Made by a program: the position numbers and the translations under genes
In this document: positions 21,363 through 30,867 of the stretch, piece after piece
Layout of the letters: each line of letters starts with the position of its first letter
Position numbering within the stretch: the stretch's first letter is position 1
Assembly (NCBI GenBank): GCA_039915165.1
Contig: JBDSNU010000007.1
Location: 113,812 to 177,811 of the forward strand
From: Minisyncoccota bacterium
GTDB lineage: Bacteria; Patescibacteriota; Minisyncoccia; Phycocordibacterales; UBA9973
DNA length: 64,000 nt
Reading direction: 5' to 3'
Notes under the pieces: generated by a model
Databases searched by the model: none
What the model saw: only the letters and a program-made list of their open reading frames with translations
Told to the model about the DNA's origin: nothing

Positions 21363-22840
21363 ACAACATCAAAACAACTCGTCCACCAGTAGTCGCAGTC
21401 ATGGGTCACATCGACCACGGCAAGTCGACACTGCTCGACTACATTCGCAAAGCAAACGTTACAGCCGGTGAAGCCGGTGGTATTACTCAGCACCTCAGTG
21501 CATATGAGATTAGTATTCCCTATCAAGGCGCCGATCGTCGTATTACATTCCTTGATACTCCTGGACACGCTGCATTCGCTGGTATGCGTGAACGTGGTGC
21601 TATTGCTGCTGATATTGCTATCTTGGTGGTGTCTGCTGAAGACGGTGTAAAAGCTCAAACTATTGAGGCGCTTCATACTATCCGCAATGCAAAGATTCCT
21701 TTCATTGTTGCTATCAACAAAATCGACCGTCCTACTGCAAATATTGAAAAGGCAAAGCAGATGTTGGCTGAACAAGAAGTACTGGTTGAAGGATACGGTG
21801 GCGATATCGCATGGAATGCTATCTCTGCAAAAGTTGGTACAGGTATTGATGAACTGCTCGAAACAATCTTGCTCGTTGCTGATGTTGAAGATTTGCAAAC
21901 AACACCTGCGAATAATGCTGAGGGTATCATCATTGAATCTCGCCTCGATACTAAGCGTGGTATCACTGCTACCTTGATGGTGAAAGACGGTACTCTGAAA
22001 AAGAGTCAGTTCGTTGTTGCTGGTACTGCTATCACGACTACCCGTATTATGGAAAACTTCTTGGGCAAGACTATTGCAGATGCAGATGCTGGAACACCTG
22101 TACAACTCGTAGGATTCGACCACATGCCTGACATTGGCGTACCTGTTGTTGTATTCGACAAGAAGCGTGATGCTGAAAACTATATTGAAGAACTTGCTAC
22201 TGCTGATAAGAAAGTAGAAACTCGTACTAAGGATAGCGAAAAGGCTGTGCCTATTATCATTAAAGCTGACGTCTACGGTACTGCTGAAGCGGTAGAACAT
22301 GAAATCAAAAAAATGAAGGTTGAGGGACTTCATATTCGTATCATTAGCAAAGGTGTAGGTAATATTGGTGAAGCTGATATTAAACATGCACAAGGCGACA
22401 AAGATACTATTATCCTTGGTTTCAAAGTACAACTCGACAATAGTGCTCGTGATATTCAAGACAAGGTGGGTGCTACTATCCAAACATTTGATATTATTTA
22501 CAAGCTTACTGAATGGCTTGAAGTTGAACTTGAAAAGCGCCGTCCCCGAATTGAAACTCGTGAAGTCATCGGTACTGCAAAAGTATTGAAGACCTTCTCA
22601 AAAACAAAAGAGCGCCAAGTGCTTGGCTGTCGTGTTGAATCAGGCAGTATCACTGATGGCGCAAAGGTTTCAGTTATCCGTCGTGAATTTGCATTGACTA
22701 CCGGTACTGTTGTCGAACTACAACAAGCAAAGCAAAAAATGCGTGAGGTAACAGATGGTGAATGCGGTATCTTGGTTGAATGTAAAAACGACATTGCTCC
22801 CGGTGATATTCTTGAAGCATTTATCTACGTAACAAAATAA
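21359..22840 (+). CDS. infB: Translation initiation factor IF-2 (short form)
   Basis: RPPVVAVMGHIDHGKS, GGITQH, DTPGH, NKID. Confidence 0.97.
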   Translation: MNNIKTTRPPVVAVMGHIDHGKSTLLDYIRKANVTAGEAGGITQHLSAYEISIPYQGADRRITFLDTPGHAAFAGMRERGAIAADIAILVVSAEDGVKAQTIEALHTIRNAKIPFIVAINKIDRPTANIEKAKQMLAEQEVLVEGYGGDIAWNAISAKVGTGIDELLETILLVADVEDLQTTPANNAEGIIIESRLDTKRGITATLMVKDGTLKKSQFVVAGTAITTTRIMENFLGKTIADADAGTPVQLVGFDHMPDIGVPVVVFDKKRDAENYIEELATADKKVETRTKDSEKAVPIIIKADVYGTAEAVEHEIKKMKVEGLHIRIISKGVGNIGEADIKHAQGDKDTIILGFKVQLDNSARDIQDKVGATIQTFDIIYKLTEWLEVELEKRRPRIETREVIGTAKVLKTFSKTKERQVLGCRVESGSITDGAKVSVIRREFALTTGTVVELQQAKQKMREVTDGECGILVECKNDIAPGDILEAFIYVTK

Positions 22841-22841
22841 T

Positions 22842-23183
22842 ATGCCTACAGGAAATAAAAATCAAAGTGGTCGCGATACAAAGATTGAGGAACAAGTAAA
22901 AGAAATTGCCGCTCGCGTTATTGAACGTGAAAGCAACAAAACTGCACTGATCACTGTGAACTATGTTGAACTATATGAGAAAGGCCGCAAGGCAATGATC
23001 TATATCAGCGTACTTCCAGAAACTGGTGAAGAGTCAGCATTGAACTTCTTGAAGCGTAAGCGTATTGATATGCGTGATGAAGTAAAGAAGTACTTAAGAA
23101 TTCGTACTATTCCCTTTCTCGATGTTGCAATTGATATGGGAGAAAAAGCTCGTCGACACATCGACGAATTGTTGAAAGAATAG
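22842..23183 (+). CDS. rbfA: Ribosome-binding factor A
   Basis: Follows infB; LRIRTIPFL KH-like C-terminus. Confidence 0.85.
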   Translation: MPTGNKNQSGRDTKIEEQVKEIAARVIERESNKTALITVNYVELYEKGRKAMIYISVLPETGEESALNFLKRKRIDMRDEVKKYLRIRTIPFLDVAIDMGEKARRHIDELLKE

Positions 23184-23271
23184 TAAGATAGTGAAGCCGA
23201 CGGAAGCCCTTCGACAGATTTCTCCTTACGGAAAATCTTCTCAGGGCCGAAAATCGGCTATGCCGATTTTC

Positions 23272-23343
23272 GGCCTGGTGGCCAAGTGGTAAGGCGGTTC
23301 TCTGCAAAAGAACTATACGCGAGTTCGATTCTCGCCCAGGCCT
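23272..23343 (+). tRNA. tRNA-Cys(GCA)
   Basis: GGCCTGG/CCAGGCC acceptor, GTTCT-CTGCAAA-AGAAC, TTCGATT. Confidence 0.95.
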
Positions 23344-23396
23344 CCTTCGCCGCGCTGAAGCTCGTAAGAGCGAAAGCGGGACGAGTAAGTAATATT

Positions 23397-23479
23397 GCCC
23401 GAGTGGTGGAATGGTAGACACGGGGGACTTAAAATCCCCTGCCCTCACCGGCGTGTGGGTTCGAGTCCCACCTCGGGCA
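23397..23479 (+). tRNA. tRNA-Leu(TAA)
   Basis: GCCCGAG/CTCGGGC acceptor, GGGGA-CTTAAAA-TCCCC, variable arm. Confidence 0.95.
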
Positions 23480-23522
23480 CAGAAAAGTAAATAAAGACAA
23501 ACATCAATGTGACTATTGAATT

Positions 23523-23589
23523 TGGGTGCACAGACAAAACAAAAAGCATTACCGTTTCGGTAATGCTTTTTGTTTTGTCTGTGCACCCA
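23523..23589. repeat. Inverted repeat with 32-bp arms overlapping tRNA-Lys 3' end
   Basis: TGGGTGCACAGACAAAACAAAAAGCATTACCG-TTT-reverse complement. Confidence 0.95.
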
Positions 23590-23654
23590 GCAGGACTCGA
23601 ACCTGCGACAGTCTCCTTAAGAGGGAGCTACTCTACCAACTGAGTTATGGGTGC
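23582..23654 (-). tRNA. tRNA-Lys(CTT)
   Basis: GCACCCA/TGGGTGC acceptor, CTCC-CTCTTAA-GGAG, GGTTCGAGTCC. Confidence 0.88.
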
Positions 23655-23668
23655 ATAACCGTACAGAG

Positions 23669-23750
23669 TGCTGGGAGGGAGACTTGAACTCCCAAGCCTT
23701 GCGGCATTAGTTCCTAAGACTAACGTGTATACCAATTCCACCATCCCAGC
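23669..23750 (-). tRNA. tRNA-Leu(TAG)
   Basis: GCTGGGA/TCCCAGC acceptor, TTAGT-CTTAGGA-ACTAA. Confidence 0.95.
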
Positions 23751-23833
23751 ACACTATACAGTGCGTCTATCATAGCGTATTTATGCTTCCCTTTCAAGCT
23801 TATTTCACCATATTTTTACAATATAAGGGTATA

Positions 23834-23862
23834 TTGACAATTTGACATTTTTATGCTATGAT
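23834..23862 (+). promoter_or_regulatory. Sigma70-type promoter
   Basis: TTGACA-17 nt-TATGAT with TG extension upstream of the SPFH gene. Confidence 0.6.
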
Positions 23863-23898
23863 AAAGAAAAATAAATTTGTAACTTAACAATAGAAAAA

Positions 23899-25173
23899 AT
23901 GATAGAAACTATGCCCGAGTGGGAATATTGGACTCTAGTGAGTTTAATTTCCCTTCTCATTTTATGGTACATTTCCAACTGTTTCAATACGGTTCGTGAA
24001 GGATGGCACTACAATATCGTACTCTTTGGCCGTTGGTCAAGAACAATCAGTGGTGTGAGAGATCGCATACCTGACAAAGAAGGCAATCTTATCGTCTGTG
24101 ATGGATGCAATACTGCAACGTGGTTTTTCATCTTTTATGGGGTGGAAAGAATTGCCAGCTACAGATTTCATTGGGTTGAAGGAATGGAGACAACTAAAAT
24201 TGATCCGAACGGAAATCCAGAGAATATTATTTGGGGCAAAACAAAAGATGATGCTTTGGTTACAGTACAACGCGATGAAATGACTACTCATCATAAAGAT
24301 CGTCACGACTACCGATTTCGTCTGAACGGCCTGGAAACAGGCAAAAAAGAAAATGAACCGGTAGATACTGATGTGGTAGAAAACGTTAAGATTAACACCT
24401 TATTGAATTCCACTATCCGAATGATGAACCCGTTCAAGGCACAATTTCGTTCGGGTGGTGATGCAGACTGGTATAACAGCCTTTATGCAACTATTACCGG
24501 TACCATGGGTGAAGTATTAGCTGACACAATTTATGCTGATCTCGGCGATTTACGCGGAGAGAAGCTGCAAAATGTGTTGGTAAAAAACACTGAACCTCAA
24601 GAAATTGCGGCTACTGATGCCAATACTCAGTCACATGAAATACTTTTTAAGGATAACAATGGTAAGCGCTCGGAGAAAATTACTTTCATTCAGCGTATTA
24701 ATTACGAAATGATGATAGTAAAAGATCTTGGCATTGAACTTGTTAACATTACAATGATGGATTTCGAGCCTGATGATGCATATAAAGGGTTTGTGGAAGC
24801 AATGCAGCGCCAAGCGATTTCGAGCGTAAATGTCAAAACCGCTGAAAACGATGCGCAAGCCCGGAAGAAAAAATTAGATGTGGAGAAGAATTATGCAATT
24901 GATATTCTCACCGCGTCTAAAAATGCAAAAATCGAGTTGAAAAAGACCGAGGATGTAACAGTAACGAAGAAAGCTCAACACCTAGCCAATTTGCGCGTAC
25001 TAGTAGAAAGTCAAAGTGGTATAAGTAATGACATTGGCACTGTCGATGTTAATAAACTTATCAATAACACGGTTTCATTAGACGTTGCAGAAGAAATTAG
25101 ATCCGAAAGCGATGACCAAGCTTCGCCACCACAAAATTCAAACAGACCAAATCAAAACAGAAGGAGAAATTAA
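23899..25173 (+). CDS. Divergent SPFH/band-7 domain membrane protein
   Basis: N-terminal TM then FNTVREG..IVLFGRWSRT; GIELVNITMMDF; coiled-coil tail. Confidence 0.55.
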   Translation: MIETMPEWEYWTLVSLISLLILWYISNCFNTVREGWHYNIVLFGRWSRTISGVRDRIPDKEGNLIVCDGCNTATWFFIFYGVERIASYRFHWVEGMETTKIDPNGNPENIIWGKTKDDALVTVQRDEMTTHHKDRHDYRFRLNGLETGKKENEPVDTDVVENVKINTLLNSTIRMMNPFKAQFRSGGDADWYNSLYATITGTMGEVLADTIYADLGDLRGEKLQNVLVKNTEPQEIAATDANTQSHEILFKDNNGKRSEKITFIQRINYEMMIVKDLGIELVNITMMDFEPDDAYKGFVEAMQRQAISSVNVKTAENDAQARKKKLDVEKNYAIDILTASKNAKIELKKTEDVTVTKKAQHLANLRVLVESQSGISNDIGTVDVNKLINNTVSLDVAEEIRSESDDQASPPQNSNRPNQNRRRN

Positions 25174-25175
25174 CA

Positions 25176-25898
25176 ATGAAACAATCGAGGATTCTCGCGT
25201 TTAAAAACCAGTTATTTGCAAAAGGAAATGTCTGGCTTCACAACAGTGATCTAAAAAGATTAGTAGTAGTAATTAGTATAGGAGTTATTCTTATACTAAT
25301 ACTGCGAGCTATTCTTATGAAAATCCCCAGCAGTGGCATAGGAATAAATGTTGGAGGTATACTATTAATTGCCATTTGTTTATTGGCACTCGGAATTATC
25401 TTTGGAAAATATCTGAAAAAAATTACACTGGCAAAATTACTTTGGTGGAAGAAAAATTCTTCCACTCCCTCTTCTGTTGCAACAGGTGCTGCAATACCCA
25501 CAAAGAAAACTTGTGGTAGTAATTGGGCTAGTAATTTACTTAAGTTTGCATTTGCAGTACTAGTATTAGTTATAGCTGCTTATTGGGGCATAACTAGTTA
25601 CCGCACTGTAATTGTTGAAGGTGAGGGCTCAATACCTAGAACGCCGGCAATGCTTGGAATAAGAGATTCAACAAATCCTTACACTGAGTACACGCAAATT
25701 TATGTTAGTGGTACACCATATCACTTTCAGAAAAATGTCTATTACTTATATCACCACACTGGGACAGATTTCTTTTTTAAAGGTACTACTGGCATGAAAG
25801 AGCAATTTAAATTTGTTAATAAAGGCCGTGGTTATTATTTAATTAAATCTGTCATCGCTGATGATGTTATGGTAACAAGTTACGACACTAGTGACTAA
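25176..25898 (+). CDS. Hypothetical membrane protein (3 TM)
   Basis: Hydrophobic segments; starts 2 nt after the SPFH stop. Confidence 0.6.
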   Translation: MKQSRILAFKNQLFAKGNVWLHNSDLKRLVVVISIGVILILILRAILMKIPSSGIGINVGGILLIAICLLALGIIFGKYLKKITLAKLLWWKKNSSTPSSVATGAAIPTKKTCGSNWASNLLKFAFAVLVLVIAAYWGITSYRTVIVEGEGSIPRTPAMLGIRDSTNPYTEYTQIYVSGTPYHFQKNVYYLYHHTGTDFFFKGTTGMKEQFKFVNKGRGYYLIKSVIADDVMVTSYDTSD

Positions 25899-25989
25899 TG
25901 TTCTTTGTACTAAAAGCCAAAGCCGCTCATATTTATGAGCGGCTTTTTTCTTCGCCCGCCATAGCTCTAGCGGAGGAGGGTATTCTTTT

Positions 25990-26334
25990 TTATTTAGGAT
26001 ACTGCAATTCCGTAATAGTTGGCGGAACAAATGTTTGTTGCTTGCTATTGAGCGTTAAGCCCGTAACACCAACTGTGTTGCCGAGAATGGTAATAATACC
26101 AAACACTCCAAACATGATTACAAACCCTACGATGCCCCACAACATATGATCCTTCCCTTCCTGACGCTTATCTTTGTCAGCAGCATTGCTGATGAATTGA
26201 AAGACGCCCCAAATGAAGACAACGAATGCAATAATGAATGCTCCTTCGATGGCGGGATTGATAATGTTGATATTTATCTTATACAACACTGTATCCAGCG
26301 CATCAGGACCTTGTGTAGCGGCGTAGGCAAACAT
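25990..26334 (-). CDS. VirB2/TrbC-like pilin
   Basis: FIWGVFQFI..A.....GKDHMLWGIVGFVIM two-TM hairpin. Confidence 0.75.
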   Translation of the reverse strand: MFAYAATQGPDALDTVLYKININIINPAIEGAFIIAFVVFIWGVFQFISNAADKDKRQEGKDHMLWGIVGFVIMFGVFGIITILGNTVGVTGLTLNSKQQTFVPPTITELQYPK

Positions 26335-26340
26335 TGAATG

Positions 26341-26748
26341 CTATTGAAGGAATCCAGTAGTAGTACCACAAGTACCTGCAGTAGGATTGTATGTCAAACC
26401 TGGAGGACAAGTAACAGCTGGAGATCCAGACATTGTATCAACACCAGTAATTGTTCCTGCTAGGTGAATGATGCCCCATACAGCAACTGACACGAATAGA
26501 CCGATCAATCCATTGATCATAGCCTTGCGAAGATCAGCAACCTTAGATGCATCTGTGTTCATAATGAAACGAAGCACATTGTACAAGAAGAATACTGTCA
26601 TCAAGATAGTAAGAACTGTAACTGCTAAACGCAAGTATACAAGCCCTTGGCCTACGAATGAGTTGATATAGTTAAAGTTTTGCGCGAAGGCAACTGCGGG
26701 CAAAAGAACTGCTGATAGTGCACTAACATTAAAAACTGCTTTTTTCAT
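26341..26748 (-). CDS. VirB2/TrbC-like pilin
   Basis: Signal peptide (PAVAFAQ), two TM, GLIGLFVSVAVWGII, C-terminal Cys pair. Confidence 0.75.
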   Translation of the reverse strand: MKKAVFNVSALSAVLLPAVAFAQNFNYINSFVGQGLVYLRLAVTVLTILMTVFFLYNVLRFIMNTDASKVADLRKAMINGLIGLFVSVAVWGIIHLAGTITGVDTMSGSPAVTCPPGLTYNPTAGTCGTTTGFLQ

Positions 26749-26831
26749 AATAAATTAATTATTTACTTTATCCTGGTTAAGTACAGGTATAATAAAAAGT
26801 ATACCACGAAAAGCTATTGTCTAGCAGTGGA

Positions 26832-27728
26832 TTACTTTGATGCCTTACTATTACTGAGATAGTCGGTCTGTAGGACAGGGACAGTATTATCAAGACCTAA
26901 TGTAGTGGTAGCAATTTTTATAATTCCCCACACTGATACCATAACGAATAAGCCAATCAGACCCATATATATGAACTGTTTACTTTCTTGCTTGTCTTTT
27001 TGTTCAGAGGATCGGATGAATTTAAATACACCCCACAAGAAAACAACGAATGCCAACGTGAAGATACCAGGGATTATTACTGCTCCAATAATACATTTCG
27101 CCCAGATTGCAATATCTAACAATGTTTTAAATTTGGCACTACATGATTGTGCTGCTTGCATGTCTGTAGCGGTTGCCGCCAATCCTGCACCTGATCCAGT
27201 ATTGTATGCAGTACTACTGCCACCATTGAGAGGATTGGTTGTTTGTGAGCCGCCTACTTGCTGGGAAGTAGCTGAGGGATTGTAGTAATAATATTGCTGA
27301 CAGGCAGCTACCATCGTATCAGTTGTTGCATTGGTACAACAAGTACTAGCATTACCATCTGTTATGGTAGCGCAACTACTTTGGGTTTGAGCAGTAGTGG
27401 TTGATGGGGCACGGTTTGCACATGCATCTGCATAGGTATATGAGTTGGCGCCATAACAACAGGTAGAGTAATTATCATTAGTAACATTACTACAACTGAT
27501 TGCAGTGTTGGTTGTAGCTGGTGTGGTGGTAGTAGTTGTAGGATTCGCTTTTTCATATTCAGAACATTGCATGCTATTTGCAGCAACTCCCTCACCGCCA
27601 ACGGACTGAACACAACAAGATTGATAATTAGCACTAGTGACCGGCTGACATGAATCCGCAGCCTGAGCTGTAGGGAGGATAGAAACCAATGAAAGTACTA
27701 ATATAATTGCAGCAAGTATTTTTTTCAT
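26832..27728 (-). CDS. Pilin with three N-terminal Cys-rich repeats
   Basis: Signal peptide; 3x SCxx(V/I)TxxNxx(S/T)CC..C; C-terminal FLWGVFKFI...GLIGLFVMVSVWGII. Confidence 0.75.
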   Translation of the reverse strand: MKKILAAIILVLSLVSILPTAQAADSCQPVTSANYQSCCVQSVGGEGVAANSMQCSEYEKANPTTTTTTPATTNTAISCSNVTNDNYSTCCYGANSYTYADACANRAPSTTTAQTQSSCATITDGNASTCCTNATTDTMVAACQQYYYYNPSATSQQVGGSQTTNPLNGGSSTAYNTGSGAGLAATATDMQAAQSCSAKFKTLLDIAIWAKCIIGAVIIPGIFTLAFVVFLWGVFKFIRSSEQKDKQESKQFIYMGLIGLFVMVSVWGIIKIATTTLGLDNTVPVLQTDYLSNSKASK

Positions 27729-27732
27729 ATTA

Positions 27733-28161
27733 TTAATTTACTATATTGTTAACTGTTCCAACAATAGCATTGGTAAGCGTCCAAGCACCCAGGATAAGCA
27801 GAGTTCCGATGACTGTGTAGAAGAACATATTCTTTGCTACCTTCATCTTCTCTGGATTGCCGCGAGCAAAAATAAACTGTAGGCCTGTCCAAATAAACAT
27901 AAGGATGATCAATGGTAATGCAATGCGAATGACAATGCTTAAAATTTTATTAATGGCTTCGGGTATGGTACTTATTCCACTTAAGGGATTGTTGAGATGG
28001 ATATTTAATGCAGAACCTGATGATACAGGAGCCCCATTTCCAGGGGAAGGAGTTGCGCTATTTCCTCCATTCCCAGGAGAAGGTGTGGTTGCGGCCTGCA
28101 CAGAAAGAGTCATTACAAAAAACAATACTATTGCTGAAAGTGAACCGAGATATTTTTTCAT
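27733..28161 (-). CDS. VirB2/TrbC-like pilin
   Basis: LNNPL, GLQFIFARGNPEK..AK...TVIG; TPSPGNG duplicated. Confidence 0.8.
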   Translation of the reverse strand: MKKYLGSLSAIVLFFVMTLSVQAATTPSPGNGGNSATPSPGNGAPVSSGSALNIHLNNPLSGISTIPEAINKILSIVIRIALPLIILMFIWTGLQFIFARGNPEKMKVAKNMFFYTVIGTLLILGAWTLTNAIVGTVNNIVN

Positions 28162-28176
28162 ATTTTTAATCATATA

Positions 28177-29052
28177 TTATTTTTGGAAGAAGTATAAATC
28201 GTCATGATATCCTAGTACTGAAATAATAGTGCGCACTATCACCCATGCACAAAGCATGAGCAACAGTCCAAGTACGAGATGCTTCGCCATACTGCCGAGT
28301 TTGGCATGCTGACCAGGCTTACCCATGGCCGCAATATAACTATAGCCGAGATACATTATCATGATGATTACCAATGGTAACAAGATAGTATTAAAAAAGA
28401 ATGACATGATATTATTCGCCAACTGCAATAGAGAGTTAAGATCACATTCGTCCCCTGCTCCACCATCACAAGGAATAAGCCCCATGCCTTTACTACTAGA
28501 AGATGATACAGGAACTAATGGTGGAATAGTACCATTTGTTATTGTGGTTGAAGATTGATTTGGTGTTGATGTTGAAGCTGGAATAACAGCCGGCGTTTGA
28601 GTTTGCTGAGTCGCAAGCCCAGCACCAGAAGTTGTCGCAACAGCTGCTTTTGTAGTGAAATCACAGTCAGTTATTGCTTCGGTAGTGTTAGATGATTGAG
28701 AAGTAGGGATAACAAAAACGCTATAACTAGTTAATGGCTTCAGATTATGAAAACCGTAGTTCTGCTGAGTATTGTACGATGCAGGACTTATCACATCCAC
28801 TGGTTTCAAATTTTTTTTATCATCTACATCTGCTATAACGAAACCTGCATTACTAAAAGTATATGTGGTGGTATTTTGCTTAATAGTTAGTACAGCTAAA
28901 TCAGGCCTTATGTCCTTTGCAATACATGAAAAACTGGCTGCGTGTATCTTCTGAGTAGGTATAGCTACAAGTGCCGCAAAAATAAACAGGTGAAAAATCT
29001 TAATGCCAAAAACATTTTTATTGAGCAGTTGTTTGAAGGTCGCGTGTTGCAT
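28177..29052 (-). CDS. Pilin-domain protein with FN3-like N-terminus
   Basis: NLKPLTSYSV FN3-like strand; GLIPC..C; GYSYIAAMG...AK..LVLGL. Confidence 0.65.
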   Translation of the reverse strand: MQHATFKQLLNKNVFGIKIFHLFIFAALVAIPTQKIHAASFSCIAKDIRPDLAVLTIKQNTTTYTFSNAGFVIADVDDKKNLKPVDVISPASYNTQQNYGFHNLKPLTSYSVFVIPTSQSSNTTEAITDCDFTTKAAVATTSGAGLATQQTQTPAVIPASTSTPNQSSTTITNGTIPPLVPVSSSSSKGMGLIPCDGGAGDECDLNSLLQLANNIMSFFFNTILLPLVIIMIMYLGYSYIAAMGKPGQHAKLGSMAKHLVLGLLLMLCAWVIVRTIISVLGYHDDLYFFQK

Positions 29053-30307
29053 TGTCGATTGCTGTTTGCGTATCAGTAGTATTACTGTTTACGTTATTAA
29101 TCATATCACGGAAGATCGTATTGGTACTAGCAGGATTGGGGTCTGGCCATGAGAATGCAGAGAGTGCTGATTGGAAAAAAACTGAAACATATGGATTGCT
29201 TTGCGCTAGCTGTAATAGGTCACGGCGCACTGGTGGTAATGAAAATTGTTTTGACAATGCATCAATACTTGCACTAGTTGCCAGCTGACTTGCAGCAGCA
29301 TACGCAGCAATAGCATTCGGTGCTTTGGCCATTATACCTACTGCCAATATTGATCCGTATGTTGTACCGCGACCTGTTGCAGAACTTTGAAACATTTGTG
29401 ACACATCGAAATTAAGATTGGGGTTTTGGGATTGGATTTGAAACAACTCACTAGCGCGACCGATATAAAATGCAGACTTCCCAGCCAAGAAATTTTGGAG
29501 GCTTTCAGGCAAAGAACTATTCCATGTGTAGTTGTCTTTGGTAGGGTTGGCAAAACTAGTGTAATAATCCAACGCTTGCACTGCTGCAGGTGTTTCCGTA
29601 GCACTACTGCCATTATTTAATACCACTTTTTGATTGACGATAATTGGATTGCCTGTTTGCAAAAATAATGTTGAGAGAATATCTCGCGCATGCAAAATAT
29701 TATTTGCTTCGCCCAGCGCAACAGTGCTCTGAGTAATCTGTCGTTTAGCATCACGACGAGTAAGTACTGGAATAGCCGCCTGCAAATCACTCCATGTTTT
29801 CGGTGGTACTAAAAAGTTTCGAGAAGCCAATATATCTTTGTTGTAATACACAACAAGTGGATCTACGAGTAGCGGCAATGCGCCGATACCAGTACTGGAC
29901 AAGAAAAACTGTGCACCATCAATGTTGGTATCGCGATACTGTCGCTCAGTATATGCACTAAAAGGTATGGTGTAGAGCTTACTACTGAGTTGAGCGTATT
30001 GCTCAGAATTAATCATGACCAAATCTGGTGATTGACCATTTGCTAGTGCAGTAATAATCTCCTGATAAAACGTTACGGCTTTGTGCTGACTATAATCAAG
30101 TGTGTAGCCATAATTTTCACTATTAAAGTTGTCGACAAACTTTTGCATATCAGCATACGGGATCACACCCCATACAACAACGGTACCTGTGGGAGTGGTG
30201 GATGCTGTTTTACTAGAGGATGAAAAAAGCCCTGAGAAAACTGCAATTGCAATGACAAAGCCAACAATAAATACAACAATGAGAATGGTTTGAAATGATG
30301 ACTTCAT
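29018..30307 (-). CDS. Extracellular solute-binding protein (sugar-type)
   Basis: N-terminal TM; LANGQSPDL, LVVYYNKD, PPKTW, FLAGKSA. Confidence 0.85.
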   Translation of the reverse strand: MKSSFQTILIVVFIVGFVIAIAVFSGLFSSSSKTASTTPTGTVVVWGVIPYADMQKFVDNFNSENYGYTLDYSQHKAVTFYQEIITALANGQSPDLVMINSEQYAQLSSKLYTIPFSAYTERQYRDTNIDGAQFFLSSTGIGALPLLVDPLVVYYNKDILASRNFLVPPKTWSDLQAAIPVLTRRDAKRQITQSTVALGEANNILHARDILSTLFLQTGNPIIVNQKVVLNNGSSATETPAAVQALDYYTSFANPTKDNYTWNSSLPESLQNFLAGKSAFYIGRASELFQIQSQNPNLNFDVSQMFQSSATGRGTTYGSILAVGIMAKAPNAIAAYAAASQLATSASIDALSKQFSLPPVRRDLLQLAQSNPYVSVFFQSALSAFSWPDPNPASTNTIFRDMINNVNSNTTDTQTAIDNATRDLQTTAQ

Positions 30308-30327
30308 GCAATTAAATATAATGAGTA

Positions 30328-30852
30328 TTACTTACCAAAAAGTATAGCATAGTGATGCGCTCCACTTGGTAGGCTATCAGCTAATTTTTTAAATCCTATC
30401 GTTCCAAGTAATGCTTCTGACATTGCCTCTGTAAAAATATGATGAGGTTTCGGACCGAGCCCACCAAAGGATTCTGTCCAATCAACTAGTACGATCTTGC
30501 CACCTTGTTTCAATACTCGATATGCTTCCTTCAACATCGCAGCCTTGTCATCAAGCGTGAACAATACATTGAAACACAGGACAACATCAACACTTTCATT
30601 GGCAAGTTTTGTGCCCTCAGGTATTTCAATATCTCCCCACAATACGTGAAGGTTGGGTAGTTTTTTATCAAGTGCATCACGGGTGATACGAGTAACTTGA
30701 TCTTTATTTATTTCAATAGCAAAGACTTGTCCTTGTGGTACTAATGTAGCAGCGAGCGCTGCTACCATACCACTACCAGCACCAAAGTCAGCGATAGTAT
30801 TTGTTGACTGAATATGCGCAGCCGCGAGAGTTTGTATAGGATCCATGAACAT
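30328..30852 (-). CDS. Class I SAM-dependent methyltransferase
   Basis: ADFGAGSG, EAYRVLKQGG. Confidence 0.85.
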   Translation of the reverse strand: MFMDPIQTLAAAHIQSTNTIADFGAGSGMVAALAATLVPQGQVFAIEINKDQVTRITRDALDKKLPNLHVLWGDIEIPEGTKLANESVDVVLCFNVLFTLDDKAAMLKEAYRVLKQGGKIVLVDWTESFGGLGPKPHHIFTEAMSEALLGTIGFKKLADSLPSGAHHYAILFGK

Positions 30853-30867
30853 GCACCTAGTATAGCA

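Noticed and set aside
21290-22483. 397-aa ORF antisense to infB
   Set aside because: Shadow ORF from codon bias; the same applies to ORFs opposite clpB, gyrA and pyk
23107-23586. 159-aa ORF over the tRNA cluster
   Set aside because: Antisense translation of tRNA genes
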